DNA from: Streptosporangiaceae bacterium
Lineage (GTDB): Bacteria; Actinomycetota; Actinomycetes; Streptosporangiales; Streptosporangiaceae
Assembly (NCBI GenBank): GCA_030038495.1
Contig: JASHOV010000117.1
Location: forward strand, 1 to 58,205
Length of the DNA stretch: 58,205 nt
Reading direction: 5' to 3'
Position 1 is the stretch's first letter. Each line of letters begins with the position of its first letter. The notes below the pieces were generated by a model. It had not been told where the DNA came from, did not search any database, and saw nothing but the letters and a program-made list of their open reading frames with translations. Below are positions 34,083-42,081 of this stretch, one piece after another. Position numbers and translations under genes: made by a program.

Positions 34083-34735
34083 CCCTCGTCTCCCCTCGAC
34101 AGTTCCAGACGCAGCGCCGCCAGCGCCCGTACCTGCAGCTGGCGAACGGCGGGCTCGTTGCGATGCGTGAGCGCGGCGACCTCGCGGGTCGAGCGGCCTT
34201 CGAGGATCCGCATCCGGAGCACCGCCCGGTGGTCCGGGCTCAGCCGATCGAGCGCGCCGATGAGAGCGCGCCGGCGCTCGTTCCGGACGGCAACCTCCTC
34301 CGCTGCCTCAGCTGGCGCCGATCCCTCGGGCACGTCAGCGGTGACCACGGCACGGGTGGGCAGCGATCGCCGGCGATCGCGCGCCAGGTTGGCGGCTATC
34401 CGCAGCAGGTACACGGTGAATGGCAGCCCCCGGTCCTCGAAGCGGGGCAAAGATCGCAGTGCACGCAGGAACACCTCCTGCGTCATGTCCTCGGCTTCTG
34501 CCGGATCGGATGTACAGCGCGCCAGAGAGCGGTATACGGGTCGCCAGCAGAGCTGGCACAACTCTCCAAGCGCCTGCTCGTCGCCAGCACGGGCAGCGCG
34601 GAGCAGTTCGAGCTCACGCCGGGCGGACTTGTCAAGGTCGCCTGCTTGCACGCAGCATCGGTCGACCGCGACAGCTCCCTGCACGGTGACAGCTCCCTCC
34701 ACCGCGACAGCTCCCTCCTCGAAGTTCGCGCTCAC
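34079..34735 (-). CDS. ECF (group 4) sigma-70 factor; start uncertain (GTG 34735 or GTG 34651)
   Basis: Region 2 (AEDMTQEVFLRALRSLPRF, YLLRIAANLARD) and region 4 (LSPDHRAVLRMRILEGRSTREVAAL). Confidence 0.8.
   Translation of the reverse strand: MSANFEEGAVAVEGAVTVQGAVAVDRCCVQAGDLDKSARRELELLRAARAGDEQALGELCQLCWRPVYRSLARCTSDPAEAEDMTQEVFLRALRSLPRFEDRGLPFTVYLLRIAANLARDRRRSLPTRAVVTADVPEGSAPAEAAEEVAVRNERRRALIGALDRLSPDHRAVLRMRILEGRSTREVAALTHRNEPAVRQLQVRALAALRLELSRGDEG
34670..34723. repeat. 18-bp x3 tandem repeat at the 5' end of, or upstream of, the ECF sigma gene
   Basis: gacagctccct occurs with an 18-bp period at 34670, 34688 and 34706. If translated on the minus strand it encodes EGAVAVEGAVTVQGAVAV. 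Confidence 0.85.
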
Positions 34736-34924
34736 GACTGGGAAAACGAGGGCACGACCAAAGTGTGACGCGCTCCAGGTCAGGACGTCGTGGGCGCGGT
34801 GACTGCCGCGGCTGCGGCGAGCGCGAGACCAGTCCAACTGACCACGCGAAGAGCTGAGCGAGTGCTCCCCGCCTGCGGCGTGGCTGGGCGGCAAGGCCCG
34901 AGGCGGTGCGATACGGTCGCCGCC

Positions 34925-35560
34925 GTGAGGCTGAGTACTCTCGACGTCTACCTGCAGGCGGTCATCGCGGTGGTCATCATCGTGAATCCCGTCGATCCGG
35001 TGAAGATCATGATTTTCAATTCAGTCATCACCCGCCGTGGCCTGGACCGGCGGAAGGCCGCCGCCCGCGTTGCCGTCGTCGCGTTAGCGATCCTCGGCGT
35101 CTCTGCCCTGGTCGGAAAGGAGTTGCTGCAGGTCATCGGCATCAACCTGGGCGCGTTCGGGGTGATCGGCGGCCTGGTGGTCGCTGGTATGGGGTTCGAG
35201 ATGCTCTACGGCGGGACGTCAAGCCGCGCGCAGGGATCGGGTGAGGCCAGGGACGAGCCGGCGGAGGCCGACGGCCTCATCATGCCGCTCACGACGCCGC
35301 TCATGGCCGGGCCTGGCGCGATCGCGACCGTGATCACGGTGGCCTCGTACCGCGGCTCCTGGACCAGCCTGGCCGCCGCCGTCGTGGCCGTGGCCTTTGC
35401 CTGCGCGCTCGTGTACGTCGGCTTCGCCTACCTCGGAGCCGCCTTCGAGAAGCTCACGCCGGCCGCAGCCGCGATGCTGGCCCGCGTCGGCGGGTTGCTG
35501 CTGGCCACTATCGGGGCACAACTCGTGCTCGGCGGCCTCCGCACCTTCTACGGGTTCTGA
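34925..35560 (+). CDS. MarC-family (UPF0056) integral membrane protein
   Basis: With the GTG at 34925 the protein is ~211 aa. N-terminal IIVNPVDPV motif and 6 predicted TM helices. Confidence 0.7.
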   Translation: MRLSTLDVYLQAVIAVVIIVNPVDPVKIMIFNSVITRRGLDRRKAAARVAVVALAILGVSALVGKELLQVIGINLGAFGVIGGLVVAGMGFEMLYGGTSSRAQGSGEARDEPAEADGLIMPLTTPLMAGPGAIATVITVASYRGSWTSLAAAVVAVAFACALVYVGFAYLGAAFEKLTPAAAAMLARVGGLLLATIGAQLVLGGLRTFYGF

Positions 35561-36096
35561 GCGGCAACTGGCGCGCCGCGTCCCGCACTGGCACGACGAG
35601 GTCGGCCGCAGACGATCAGGACGACGAGCAGTACAGCGATTGCCCCTGGTGTCATCACGCCGGCCCAGTCGAAGCCAGGGCTTGAGGGGATCGCCGGCGG
35701 GACCGGCAGGCCCTGGCGGGCAGCGGTTGCCCGCAGGAGCTCGAGCTGCTGACGGCTGGGGCCGTGGTTCAGGGCGTTGCCCACGGCGTCGGTGGCGAAG
35801 CAGAAGGCGGCGACGGCGGCGGCGAAGGAGATCCGGGCAGTGCGGACGCGACGGGCACGTTCCAGGTCAGTGGCGCATGCCGCGGGAGCGGGATCAAATG
35901 GCAGGTCGGCGAGCGGGGCGGTCAGTTCTCTTCCGGTGCGGGCGCCTAGAACCTGCCCGGATCTGTGGTCGAGTTCGTCGGCTGTGATCCGGCCGGCCTG
36001 GAAGGCATCGCTCAGCTCCGAGAGCGCCCGGTCCCGGTCGGCGTCGGATACCCGGAGGTCGCCGGGCGGGTAGTAGGCCCTGTCGGCCGTGTCCAT
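35548..36096 (-). CDS. DUF1707 (SHOCT-like) domain membrane protein
   Basis: The start MDTADRAYYPPGDLRVSDADRDRALSELSDAFQAGRITADELDHR is the DUF1707 signature. Two C-terminal TM helices. The rest of the 462-aa ORF is a shadow ORF. Confidence 0.7.
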   Translation of the reverse strand: MDTADRAYYPPGDLRVSDADRDRALSELSDAFQAGRITADELDHRSGQVLGARTGRELTAPLADLPFDPAPAACATDLERARRVRTARISFAAAVAAFCFATDAVGNALNHGPSRQQLELLRATAARQGLPVPPAIPSSPGFDWAGVMTPGAIAVLLVVLIVCGRPRRASAGRGAPVAAQNP

Positions 36097-36167
36097 GGCT
36101 CGTACTCCTTCGGCGCGGTGTCCTGGGGTATGACCCTGAGATTGCTCGATGGGGGATCCGCCCGCTG

Positions 36168-37157
36168 CTAAGCGTCGCGGCGGAGGACCACGATCGCGGT
36201 GACGGCGATGAGGGCGGCGGCGAGGAGCACGAAGACGCCGGTCTCGATGCCCTGGAACGCCCAGTACCGGCTGGCCGGCTGGTAGCTGGTGAAAAACCCG
36301 CGGTATCCGTGAGCAGACAGGCAGGAAATCAATTTGACCGGACCCTGGAAGGCCAGCGGCTGGCACGCGAGCGGCATCTCGCTCACAGGTACGCCGTTGA
36401 CGGCGATGCCGGATCCGAGGGCCGGGGTGCTCAGCAGCCGGCCGCCCGGGCCGACGAGACCCTGCGAGATCAGCCAGTAGGACCCCGTCGGCAACGGCTT
36501 CATGCGGTGGCCGAATGTGTTGATGACGGTGAGCGCCGACATGTAGTGCGAGCGGAGGTCCTGGCCGATCACCAGCCGCACGAAGGCGAAGACGCCGATG
36601 GTGACGGCCATCGCGGGCAGAGTCCGGCGGATCAGTGCGCCGGCGGCGATGCCAAGGGCGACCGCGAACACCGCGTAGCCGACGGGAACGATGCCCTGGA
36701 TGTCGAACTGGCTGGGTTGGAAAATCTGCTGGTTGAGGGCGTTCACCGGGCCGGACCACCAGGTGACGAGGGCCGAGACGGCGCCGCCCCAGGCGGCAGC
36801 GGCGAGCAGTGCCCAGCCGACCTTGACGGTGAGCCAGCGGCTGCGGGTGATGCTCTGCGTCCAGGCGAACTGGCTGGTGCCGGTTTCGAATTCCCTGGCT
36901 ATCAGCGGGCCGCCCCAGAACACTCCGAGCAGGCACGGCACCACCACAGTCAGCATGATCAGCAAGGACAACAGCGGGGTGCCCAGAGTCAGCGTGAGGC
37001 TGCCGCAGCTATGGCTGAGGGTGCACGAGGTGAGGGCGGACTGGTACTGCGACGCCATCTGCCGGCCCGTGATAAATACCAAGACCGCGAACATAGCCAG
37101 CGCGGCGGCGGCGAGGTAGGCCTGGTTGCGGTGCTGGCGCCAGGCAAGCCAGGTCAT
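36168..37157 (-). CDS. ABC-2-type transporter permease
   Basis: Start MTWLAWRQHRNQ at 37157, in an ATGA overlap with the ATPase stop. ~6 TM helices. Confidence 0.75.
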   Translation of the reverse strand: MTWLAWRQHRNQAYLAAAALAMFAVLVFITGRQMASQYQSALTSCTLSHSCGSLTLTLGTPLLSLLIMLTVVVPCLLGVFWGGPLIAREFETGTSQFAWTQSITRSRWLTVKVGWALLAAAAWGGAVSALVTWWSGPVNALNQQIFQPSQFDIQGIVPVGYAVFAVALGIAAGALIRRTLPAMAVTIGVFAFVRLVIGQDLRSHYMSALTVINTFGHRMKPLPTGSYWLISQGLVGPGGRLLSTPALGSGIAVNGVPVSEMPLACQPLAFQGPVKLISCLSAHGYRGFFTSYQPASRYWAFQGIETGVFVLLAAALIAVTAIVVLRRDA

Positions 37158-38071
37158 TGATCTTCTCCAACCGCGGTGAGATGGGCTAGCGCTGGCGGGG
37201 CGTCCTGCCCGAGGTAACCCAGTACCAGTTCTTCGAGGCCGACGTCGGCCGCTTCCCAGGCGGGGTCGATGACCGGCCCGGCGCCGCGGATCAGCAGGGT
37301 GCTCTGCCGGGCCGTGTGGGTGGCCTGCACGAGCGTATGGTCCCGCTCGATCGCCGTCGTGTCCTTGCGCGGGCCGACCAGGACGCGATGCTCGGCCAGC
37401 ACCGTGTCGATGTCGCCGCACAGCTGAACCCGGGATGCTGCCAGCAGGATGAGGTGGTCGCAGATCCGTTCCAGGTCGGCGACCATGTGCGAGGACAGCA
37501 CGACGGTCAGGCCTCCGGCGGCCACCGCTTCGGCCAGGGTGGCCAGAAACTGCCGCCGGGCGAGCGGATCGAGCGCCGCGACGGGCTCGTCCAGCAGCAG
37601 CAGCCGAGGTCGTTTGGCCAGCGTCAGCGACAGTGCCACCTGGGCACGCTGGCCCCCGGACAGCGTGCCCACCGCCTGGTCCAGCGGGATGTTCAGGCCG
37701 TTCAGCCGCTGCCGCACCGAGGCGGCGTCCCAGCGGGGGTTGAGGTGCGCGCCGATCGCGATGTGATCCTCGGCGGACAGCCGCCGGTACAGCGGAATCT
37801 CCTGGGCCAGGAAGCCAATCTCGGCCAGGAACGCCGGGTCCTGCCGCGGCGAGCCGCCGAGCACCGCGACCTCGCCGCCGCTCGGCCTGGCCAGCCCAGC
37901 GAGCACTCGCAGCAGCGTGGTCTTGCCTGCGCCGTTGGGGCCGATCAGCCCGGATATCCGGCCCTCGGGCACGGAGATGGTGCACTCGGTGAGGGCGGTG
38001 ACCTTGCGGTAGCGCTTGGACAGCCCGCGGGTCTCGATCACTGGCGGGGCTGCGTCCTGTGGGTCCGTCAC
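37154..38071 (-). CDS. ABC transporter ATP-binding protein
   Basis: Walker A GPNGAGKTT, signature LSGGQRAQ and Walker B LLLLDEP. GTGA overlap with the GntR stop. Confidence 0.9.
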   Translation of the reverse strand: MTDPQDAAPPVIETRGLSKRYRKVTALTECTISVPEGRISGLIGPNGAGKTTLLRVLAGLARPSGGEVAVLGGSPRQDPAFLAEIGFLAQEIPLYRRLSAEDHIAIGAHLNPRWDAASVRQRLNGLNIPLDQAVGTLSGGQRAQVALSLTLAKRPRLLLLDEPVAALDPLARRQFLATLAEAVAAGGLTVVLSSHMVADLERICDHLILLAASRVQLCGDIDTVLAEHRVLVGPRKDTTAIERDHTLVQATHTARQSTLLIRGAGPVIDPAWEAADVGLEELVLGYLGQDAPPALAHLTAVGEDQ

Positions 38072-38460
38072 GCGATCTCCTCCACGTCCGCTGCCTGCAG
38101 CGTGACGCGCAACAGCGACTCGATCGACTCGTCATCCAGCCCGGCCTCGCGGGCGCCGCGCACCCAGTGCGCCAGGCTGCGGGCCAGCCGTGAATGCGTG
38201 CCGGGCGGCGGACCGGACGGGCGGCCCACCACGAACGTGCCATGGCCGGCCCGCGGCTCGACCAGGCCGTCCCGTTCCAGCTCGCGGTAGGCCTTGAGCA
38301 CCGTGTTGGGATTGACCGCCGTCACCGCGACCACTTCGCGCACCGTGGGGAGCTTGTCGCCCACCTCGAGCACCCCCATCCGGAGCGCCTGCCGTACCTG
38401 CTGCACGATCTGCAGGAACGGCGGCACCACGGAGCGGGTGTCAATACGGAAACTGATCAC
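38068..38460 (-). CDS. GntR-family transcriptional regulator, YtrA subfamily
   Basis: 130 aa. wHTH GDKLPTVREVVAVTAVNPNTVLKAYRELERDGLV. The short C-terminus is typical of YtrA. First gene of the ABC operon. Confidence 0.9.
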   Translation of the reverse strand: MISFRIDTRSVVPPFLQIVQQVRQALRMGVLEVGDKLPTVREVVAVTAVNPNTVLKAYRELERDGLVEPRAGHGTFVVGRPSGPPPGTHSRLARSLAHWVRGAREAGLDDESIESLLRVTLQAADVEEIA

Positions 38461-38472
38461 GTCGCCTTCCTC

Positions 38473-38496
38473 AAAGTACTAAGGCACTAAGACTTT
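38473..38496. promoter_or_regulatory. AT-rich repeat AAAGT-ACTAAG-GC-ACTAAG-ACTTT just upstream of the GntR start (candidate operator)
   Basis: Read directly. A direct hexamer repeat is flanked by inverted pentamers, 13-36 nt upstream of the start codon at 38460. Confidence 0.25.
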
Positions 38497-38745
38497 AGAT
38501 AGCCCCGCTAGAGTTGTCAAGACGGGCAAGCGCCGCCGCCGCAGTCATGAAGGACCCGCTGTGGCTCATCCCGCCTCGCCGATCTTGCTAGCGCATGAAC
38601 CCGGCCGGAGCGCGAGGAGTACCGTCCTCGTCAAGATCATCGCGCCCGGGCGGAGGCCTGTTTTGCGGGGTGTCGTTAGCCGTGATGGCGAGGTTCGACG
38701 ACCCTTGTCCACGGCGCGCAAATCGGTCAATTTGGCCTGAGAGGA

Positions 38746-38794
38746 TTAGCGGGAAGGGTTAGGGGCCTGTCGGGCCCCTAACCCTTCCCGCTAA
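38746..38794. repeat. Perfect 22-bp inverted repeat with a 5-nt loop in a divergent intergenic region
   Basis: ttagcgggaagggttaggggcc-tgtcg-ggcccctaacccttcccgctaa. Confidence 0.9.
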
Positions 38795-38908
38795 CGAGAT
38801 CATGACCTGGCGGCTGCGGCCAGCGCCCTCAGCGGCCAGTCATTGACGGCCCGCGTCCCGATCTGCACTATTAACAGGAACATGCCGGTTAACGGGTGAA
38901 GCTTCCGT

Positions 38909-40591
38909 TTGTGTGTCGTAGGTGGTGAGACGGACGTGACAGGCGATGCATCGGGGTATCGCGAGAATGGGTGGTGGCGGAATGAGACCTTCCTTGATGA
39001 CCTGCGGCGCGATGCCAAGGAGGTCCCGGAGAAGCCGGCGCTGATCGCGTACCGGGAGCAGGACGCGCAGACCCGAGTCGTGAGCTTCGCCGAACTCGCC
39101 AGCCTCACCGATGGCTTCGCGTCGGCCCTGGTCCGCCTCGGCGTCGGGACCGGTGACGTGGTGGGCGTGCAGCTGCCGAGCTGGTGGCAGGTCGCGCCGC
39201 TCGGCCTGGCCTGTGCGCAGGTTGGCGCGCGCCTGTGTTTACTCCTGCCCATCTACCGGCGCTACGAGCTGGAGCACATCCTGCGGCTGACGGGCGCTCG
39301 TGTCTGCATAACAGTGACCGAGTGGGGCGGGGTACGGCTGGCAGACATCGTGGCCGATCTGGCGCTACAGCTGCCATCGCTCGAGCACGTCGTCGTCGCC
39401 GACACGGTGCCCGGCATCGCACGCCCGGCCGGGACGCTGGACTTCGCAGACGTCTTTCGCGCGGCACCGGCGGCCGAGCCGGCGGCTCCCGCCGATGCCG
39501 CTCCCGGCCCGGACGATAACGAGGTTCGCGAGCTAGGGCCGGACGAGCCGTTCCTGATCTTGTTCACCTCTGGCACGACCGGCGAGACCAAGGGAGTGGT
39601 GCACAGCCAGAACACCCTCTACGCGGGATGCCGCGCGTATGCGCGCCCGCTCGGCCTGGACGGTTCGTCGGTGATCTTCGTGGCGCACGCGGCCACCCAC
39701 TACACCGGCTTCGTGCTGGGCATGCTGCTCCCGATCATGCTGGGCTGCCGGGCGCTGGTGCAGGACGTCTGGGACGTGGACGTCCACCTCGACCTAGCCG
39801 AACAGCACGGCGTGACGACCTTTTACGGCGGGCCGCATATCCTTGCCGACCTGATCACCGCGCAGCGTGCGGCGCCGCGTGATGTGAGCCGACTTGCCAG
39901 CATCGTCACCGGGTCCGCGCCCATTCCGCCGCACGTGGTCGAGCAGGTGTCTGAGGTACTGGGCGCCAGGGTGTTCGCGCTCTGGGGCATGACCGAGAAC
40001 GGCACGGTCACGATAACCCGGTCGTCTGACCCGGTCGGCTGGGCCGCGCACAGCGACGGCAGCGTGATTGACAGCATGGAGTTGCGCATCGATCCCTCGG
40101 CGGTCGGCGGCAGCAGCGACGGATCGGGCCGACTGTGGGTGCGCGGGGCGAACCAGTGCCTCGGCTATTTCGGACGCGACGAACTGTACGCGGCTGCGCT
40201 CGATGAAGATGGCTGGTTTGACACCGGTGACCTGGCCCGCGACGACGGCCGCGGCGGCATCAGGATCAGCGGCCGGGTCAAGGACGTCGTCATACATGAG
40301 GGCGTCAACGTGCCGGTGGCTGAGGTCGAGGGCATCCTGGCGCGGCATCCGAGCGTCAGGGAGGTAGCGCTCATCGGCGTGCCCGACCGCGGCATCGATG
40401 AACTGGTCTGCGCTGTCATTACCCCGGTCGGCGACTCGCCCGGGCTCGGTTCGCTGCGTGCGCACCTGGAGACCGCGGGGGTTGCGCAGTTGTTCTGGCC
40501 GGAACGGCTCGAGGTCGTGGACGTGTTGCCGAAGACGATTACAGGAAAGGTACGGAAGACCGAGTTGCGCGAGCGCTTCGGCGGGGCCTGA
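38909..40591 (+). CDS. AMP-dependent synthetase/ligase (acyl-CoA ligase, cyclohexanecarboxylate-CoA-ligase-like)
   Basis: AMP-binding motif LFTSGTTGETKGVVHS, plus GWFDTGDLA and a C-terminal ITGKVRK. The start is TTG 38909 or GTG 38936. Confidence 0.85.
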   Translation: MCVVGGETDVTGDASGYRENGWWRNETFLDDLRRDAKEVPEKPALIAYREQDAQTRVVSFAELASLTDGFASALVRLGVGTGDVVGVQLPSWWQVAPLGLACAQVGARLCLLLPIYRRYELEHILRLTGARVCITVTEWGGVRLADIVADLALQLPSLEHVVVADTVPGIARPAGTLDFADVFRAAPAAEPAAPADAAPGPDDNEVRELGPDEPFLILFTSGTTGETKGVVHSQNTLYAGCRAYARPLGLDGSSVIFVAHAATHYTGFVLGMLLPIMLGCRALVQDVWDVDVHLDLAEQHGVTTFYGGPHILADLITAQRAAPRDVSRLASIVTGSAPIPPHVVEQVSEVLGARVFALWGMTENGTVTITRSSDPVGWAAHSDGSVIDSMELRIDPSAVGGSSDGSGRLWVRGANQCLGYFGRDELYAAALDEDGWFDTGDLARDDGRGGIRISGRVKDVVIHEGVNVPVAEVEGILARHPSVREVALIGVPDRGIDELVCAVITPVGDSPGLGSLRAHLETAGVAQLFWPERLEVVDVLPKTITGKVRKTELRERFGGA

Positions 40592-40594
40592 TCC

Positions 40595-41995
40595 GTGGCG
40601 CGGCGGCGCTGGCAGGTGCTCAGCGCTATCTGCGCCGGCGTGTTCCTTGCGGCGATCGATTTCTACATCGTGACCGTCGCCGTCCCCGACATGCTGCGCA
40701 GCTTCAGGGACGCGGGTATCGCCGAGATCTCCTGGGTATTCAACGGATACACGATCACCTTCACCGCGGCGCTGCTGCCTGCTGGCGGCCTGGCCGACAT
40801 GTTTGGCCGTCGTCGCGTCTTCCTGTTCGGCCTGGGCGCGTTCTCGGTCAGTGCCCTCGGCTGCGCGGCCGCGCCCTCGGCGGCCACGCTGATCGCCGCC
40901 AGGCTGGTCCAGGGAGCGGCCGGAGGAACGATCACGCCGCTCGCACTGCCGCTCATCCTGCCGCATTTCACCGCGGAGCGGCGCGGCTACGCGATCGGGC
41001 TGTGGAGCGCGACCCAGTCCGCGGCGATAGCCGCCGGGCCGTCGCTGGGAGGCGTGCTGGTGTCGGCGGTGGGCTGGCGCGCCGTGTTTCTGCTGCAACT
41101 GCCGATCGGGCTGGTCAGTTTCGCGGGCGCGGCCTGGGCACTCGACCGCGACCGCCCGAAGGCGCAAGGCTCCGCCGCTCCTGATCTGCTCGGCGTGCTG
41201 CTGCTCGCGCCGGCCATCGCCCTGACGTCGCTGGCGATCGTGCAAAGCCACGCGTGGGGACCCCTCAGCTGGCGCACCGACCTCACGCTCGTCGTCGGCC
41301 TGCTGCTCGGGGTGGCCTTTGTCCGCCGTTCGCTGTCCATACCGGCGCCCCTCATCGATCTCGGCCTGCTCAGAATCCGGACAATGCGGCGCGCGAGCGC
41401 GGTGATGCTGGCGACCGGGCTGGTCATGTATGCGCTGCCGGCCGCCGCTGTCTTGTTCCTGACCGAAGTATGGCGCTACTCGGAGGCGCGGGCCGGCCTG
41501 GCTGTCACTCCAGGGCCGCTGGTCCAGGGCCTCGCGGCGCTGGCCGGCGGGCGGCTGTCCAGCCGGTACGGACCGCGCGCCGTGGCCGTGCCAGGCGCGG
41601 CTTTGCTCGCCGCCAGCACGCTCGCCTTCGCCCTGGCGACCGGCAATCATGCCGGGTACTGGGCAGTGATCTTCCCGGCTGTGCTCGGCAGCGGCGCGGC
41701 CGTCGGCCTGCTGGTCACGTCGCTCAGCGCCGCGGCCCTCAGCGAGGTACCCGCCGCCCGGCTTGCATCGGGCACGTCGATCTCGGCGATCGCGCGGGCT
41801 GCCGGAGCTGTCGTTAGCCTGGCGGCACTCGCGCTGATCCTCTCGGCGGTGCCCGATGGCACCAGCACCCTGCACGCTTACCACATCGCCTGGACCTTGC
41901 TGGCCGTGCTGGCGTTTGTCGCGCTTGTGACTAGCTTTACCGTACGTAACGGAAGTGATCAGAGTGAGTCAATGTCACTTCCGTTACGCGACTAG
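40595..41995 (+). CDS. MFS transporter (DHA2/EmrB-like)
   Basis: The N-terminal block AIDFYIVTVAVPDM...GGLADMFGRRRVFLFG and ~14 TM helices. Confidence 0.85.
   Translation: MARRRWQVLSAICAGVFLAAIDFYIVTVAVPDMLRSFRDAGIAEISWVFNGYTITFTAALLPAGGLADMFGRRRVFLFGLGAFSVSALGCAAAPSAATLIAARLVQGAAGGTITPLALPLILPHFTAERRGYAIGLWSATQSAAIAAGPSLGGVLVSAVGWRAVFLLQLPIGLVSFAGAAWALDRDRPKAQGSAAPDLLGVLLLAPAIALTSLAIVQSHAWGPLSWRTDLTLVVGLLLGVAFVRRSLSIPAPLIDLGLLRIRTMRRASAVMLATGLVMYALPAAAVLFLTEVWRYSEARAGLAVTPGPLVQGLAALAGGRLSSRYGPRAVAVPGAALLAASTLAFALATGNHAGYWAVIFPAVLGSGAAVGLLVTSLSAAALSEVPAARLASGTSISAIARAAGAVVSLAALALILSAVPDGTSTLHAYHIAWTLLAVLAFVALVTSFTVRNGSDQSESMSLPLRD
41945..41988 (+). terminator. 14-bp perfect stem / 16-nt loop hairpin inside the last 50 nt of the MFS gene (candidate terminator/attenuator)
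   Basis: cgtaacggaagtga...tcacttccgttacg. No T-tract. A TTGACA promoter-like element follows immediately. Confidence 0.4.
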
Positions 41996-41998
41996 TGC

Positions 41999-42027
41999 TT
42001 GACATATGCTGAGGATCACACTGAGAT
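41999..42027 (+). promoter_or_regulatory. Candidate promoter of the aminotransferase-to-racemase operon (TTGACA-N17-TGAGAT)
   Basis: Perfect -35 hexamer and a weak -10, about 55 nt upstream of the TTG start at 42082. Confidence 0.3.
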
Positions 42028-42081
42028 TGGTAAGACCGTGATGATCCGCTCGGAATCCATCAATGGTGAGGAGTTCGGACG

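Noticed and set aside
37158-38243. N-terminal 360 aa of the 691-aa ORF 36168-38243. Likewise 36097-36936 of ORF 35548-36936.
   Set aside because: These extensions overlap the ABC ATPase and GntR genes out of frame and look non-coding. The real genes start at the internal Met codons 37157 (ATGA coupling) and 36096 (DUF1707 signature).
39794-41884. 696-aa ORF on the minus strand
   Set aside because: It lies antisense to the AMP-ligase and MFS genes, both of which carry clear family motifs. The composition is Arg/Gly/Asp/Pro-rich and low in complexity.
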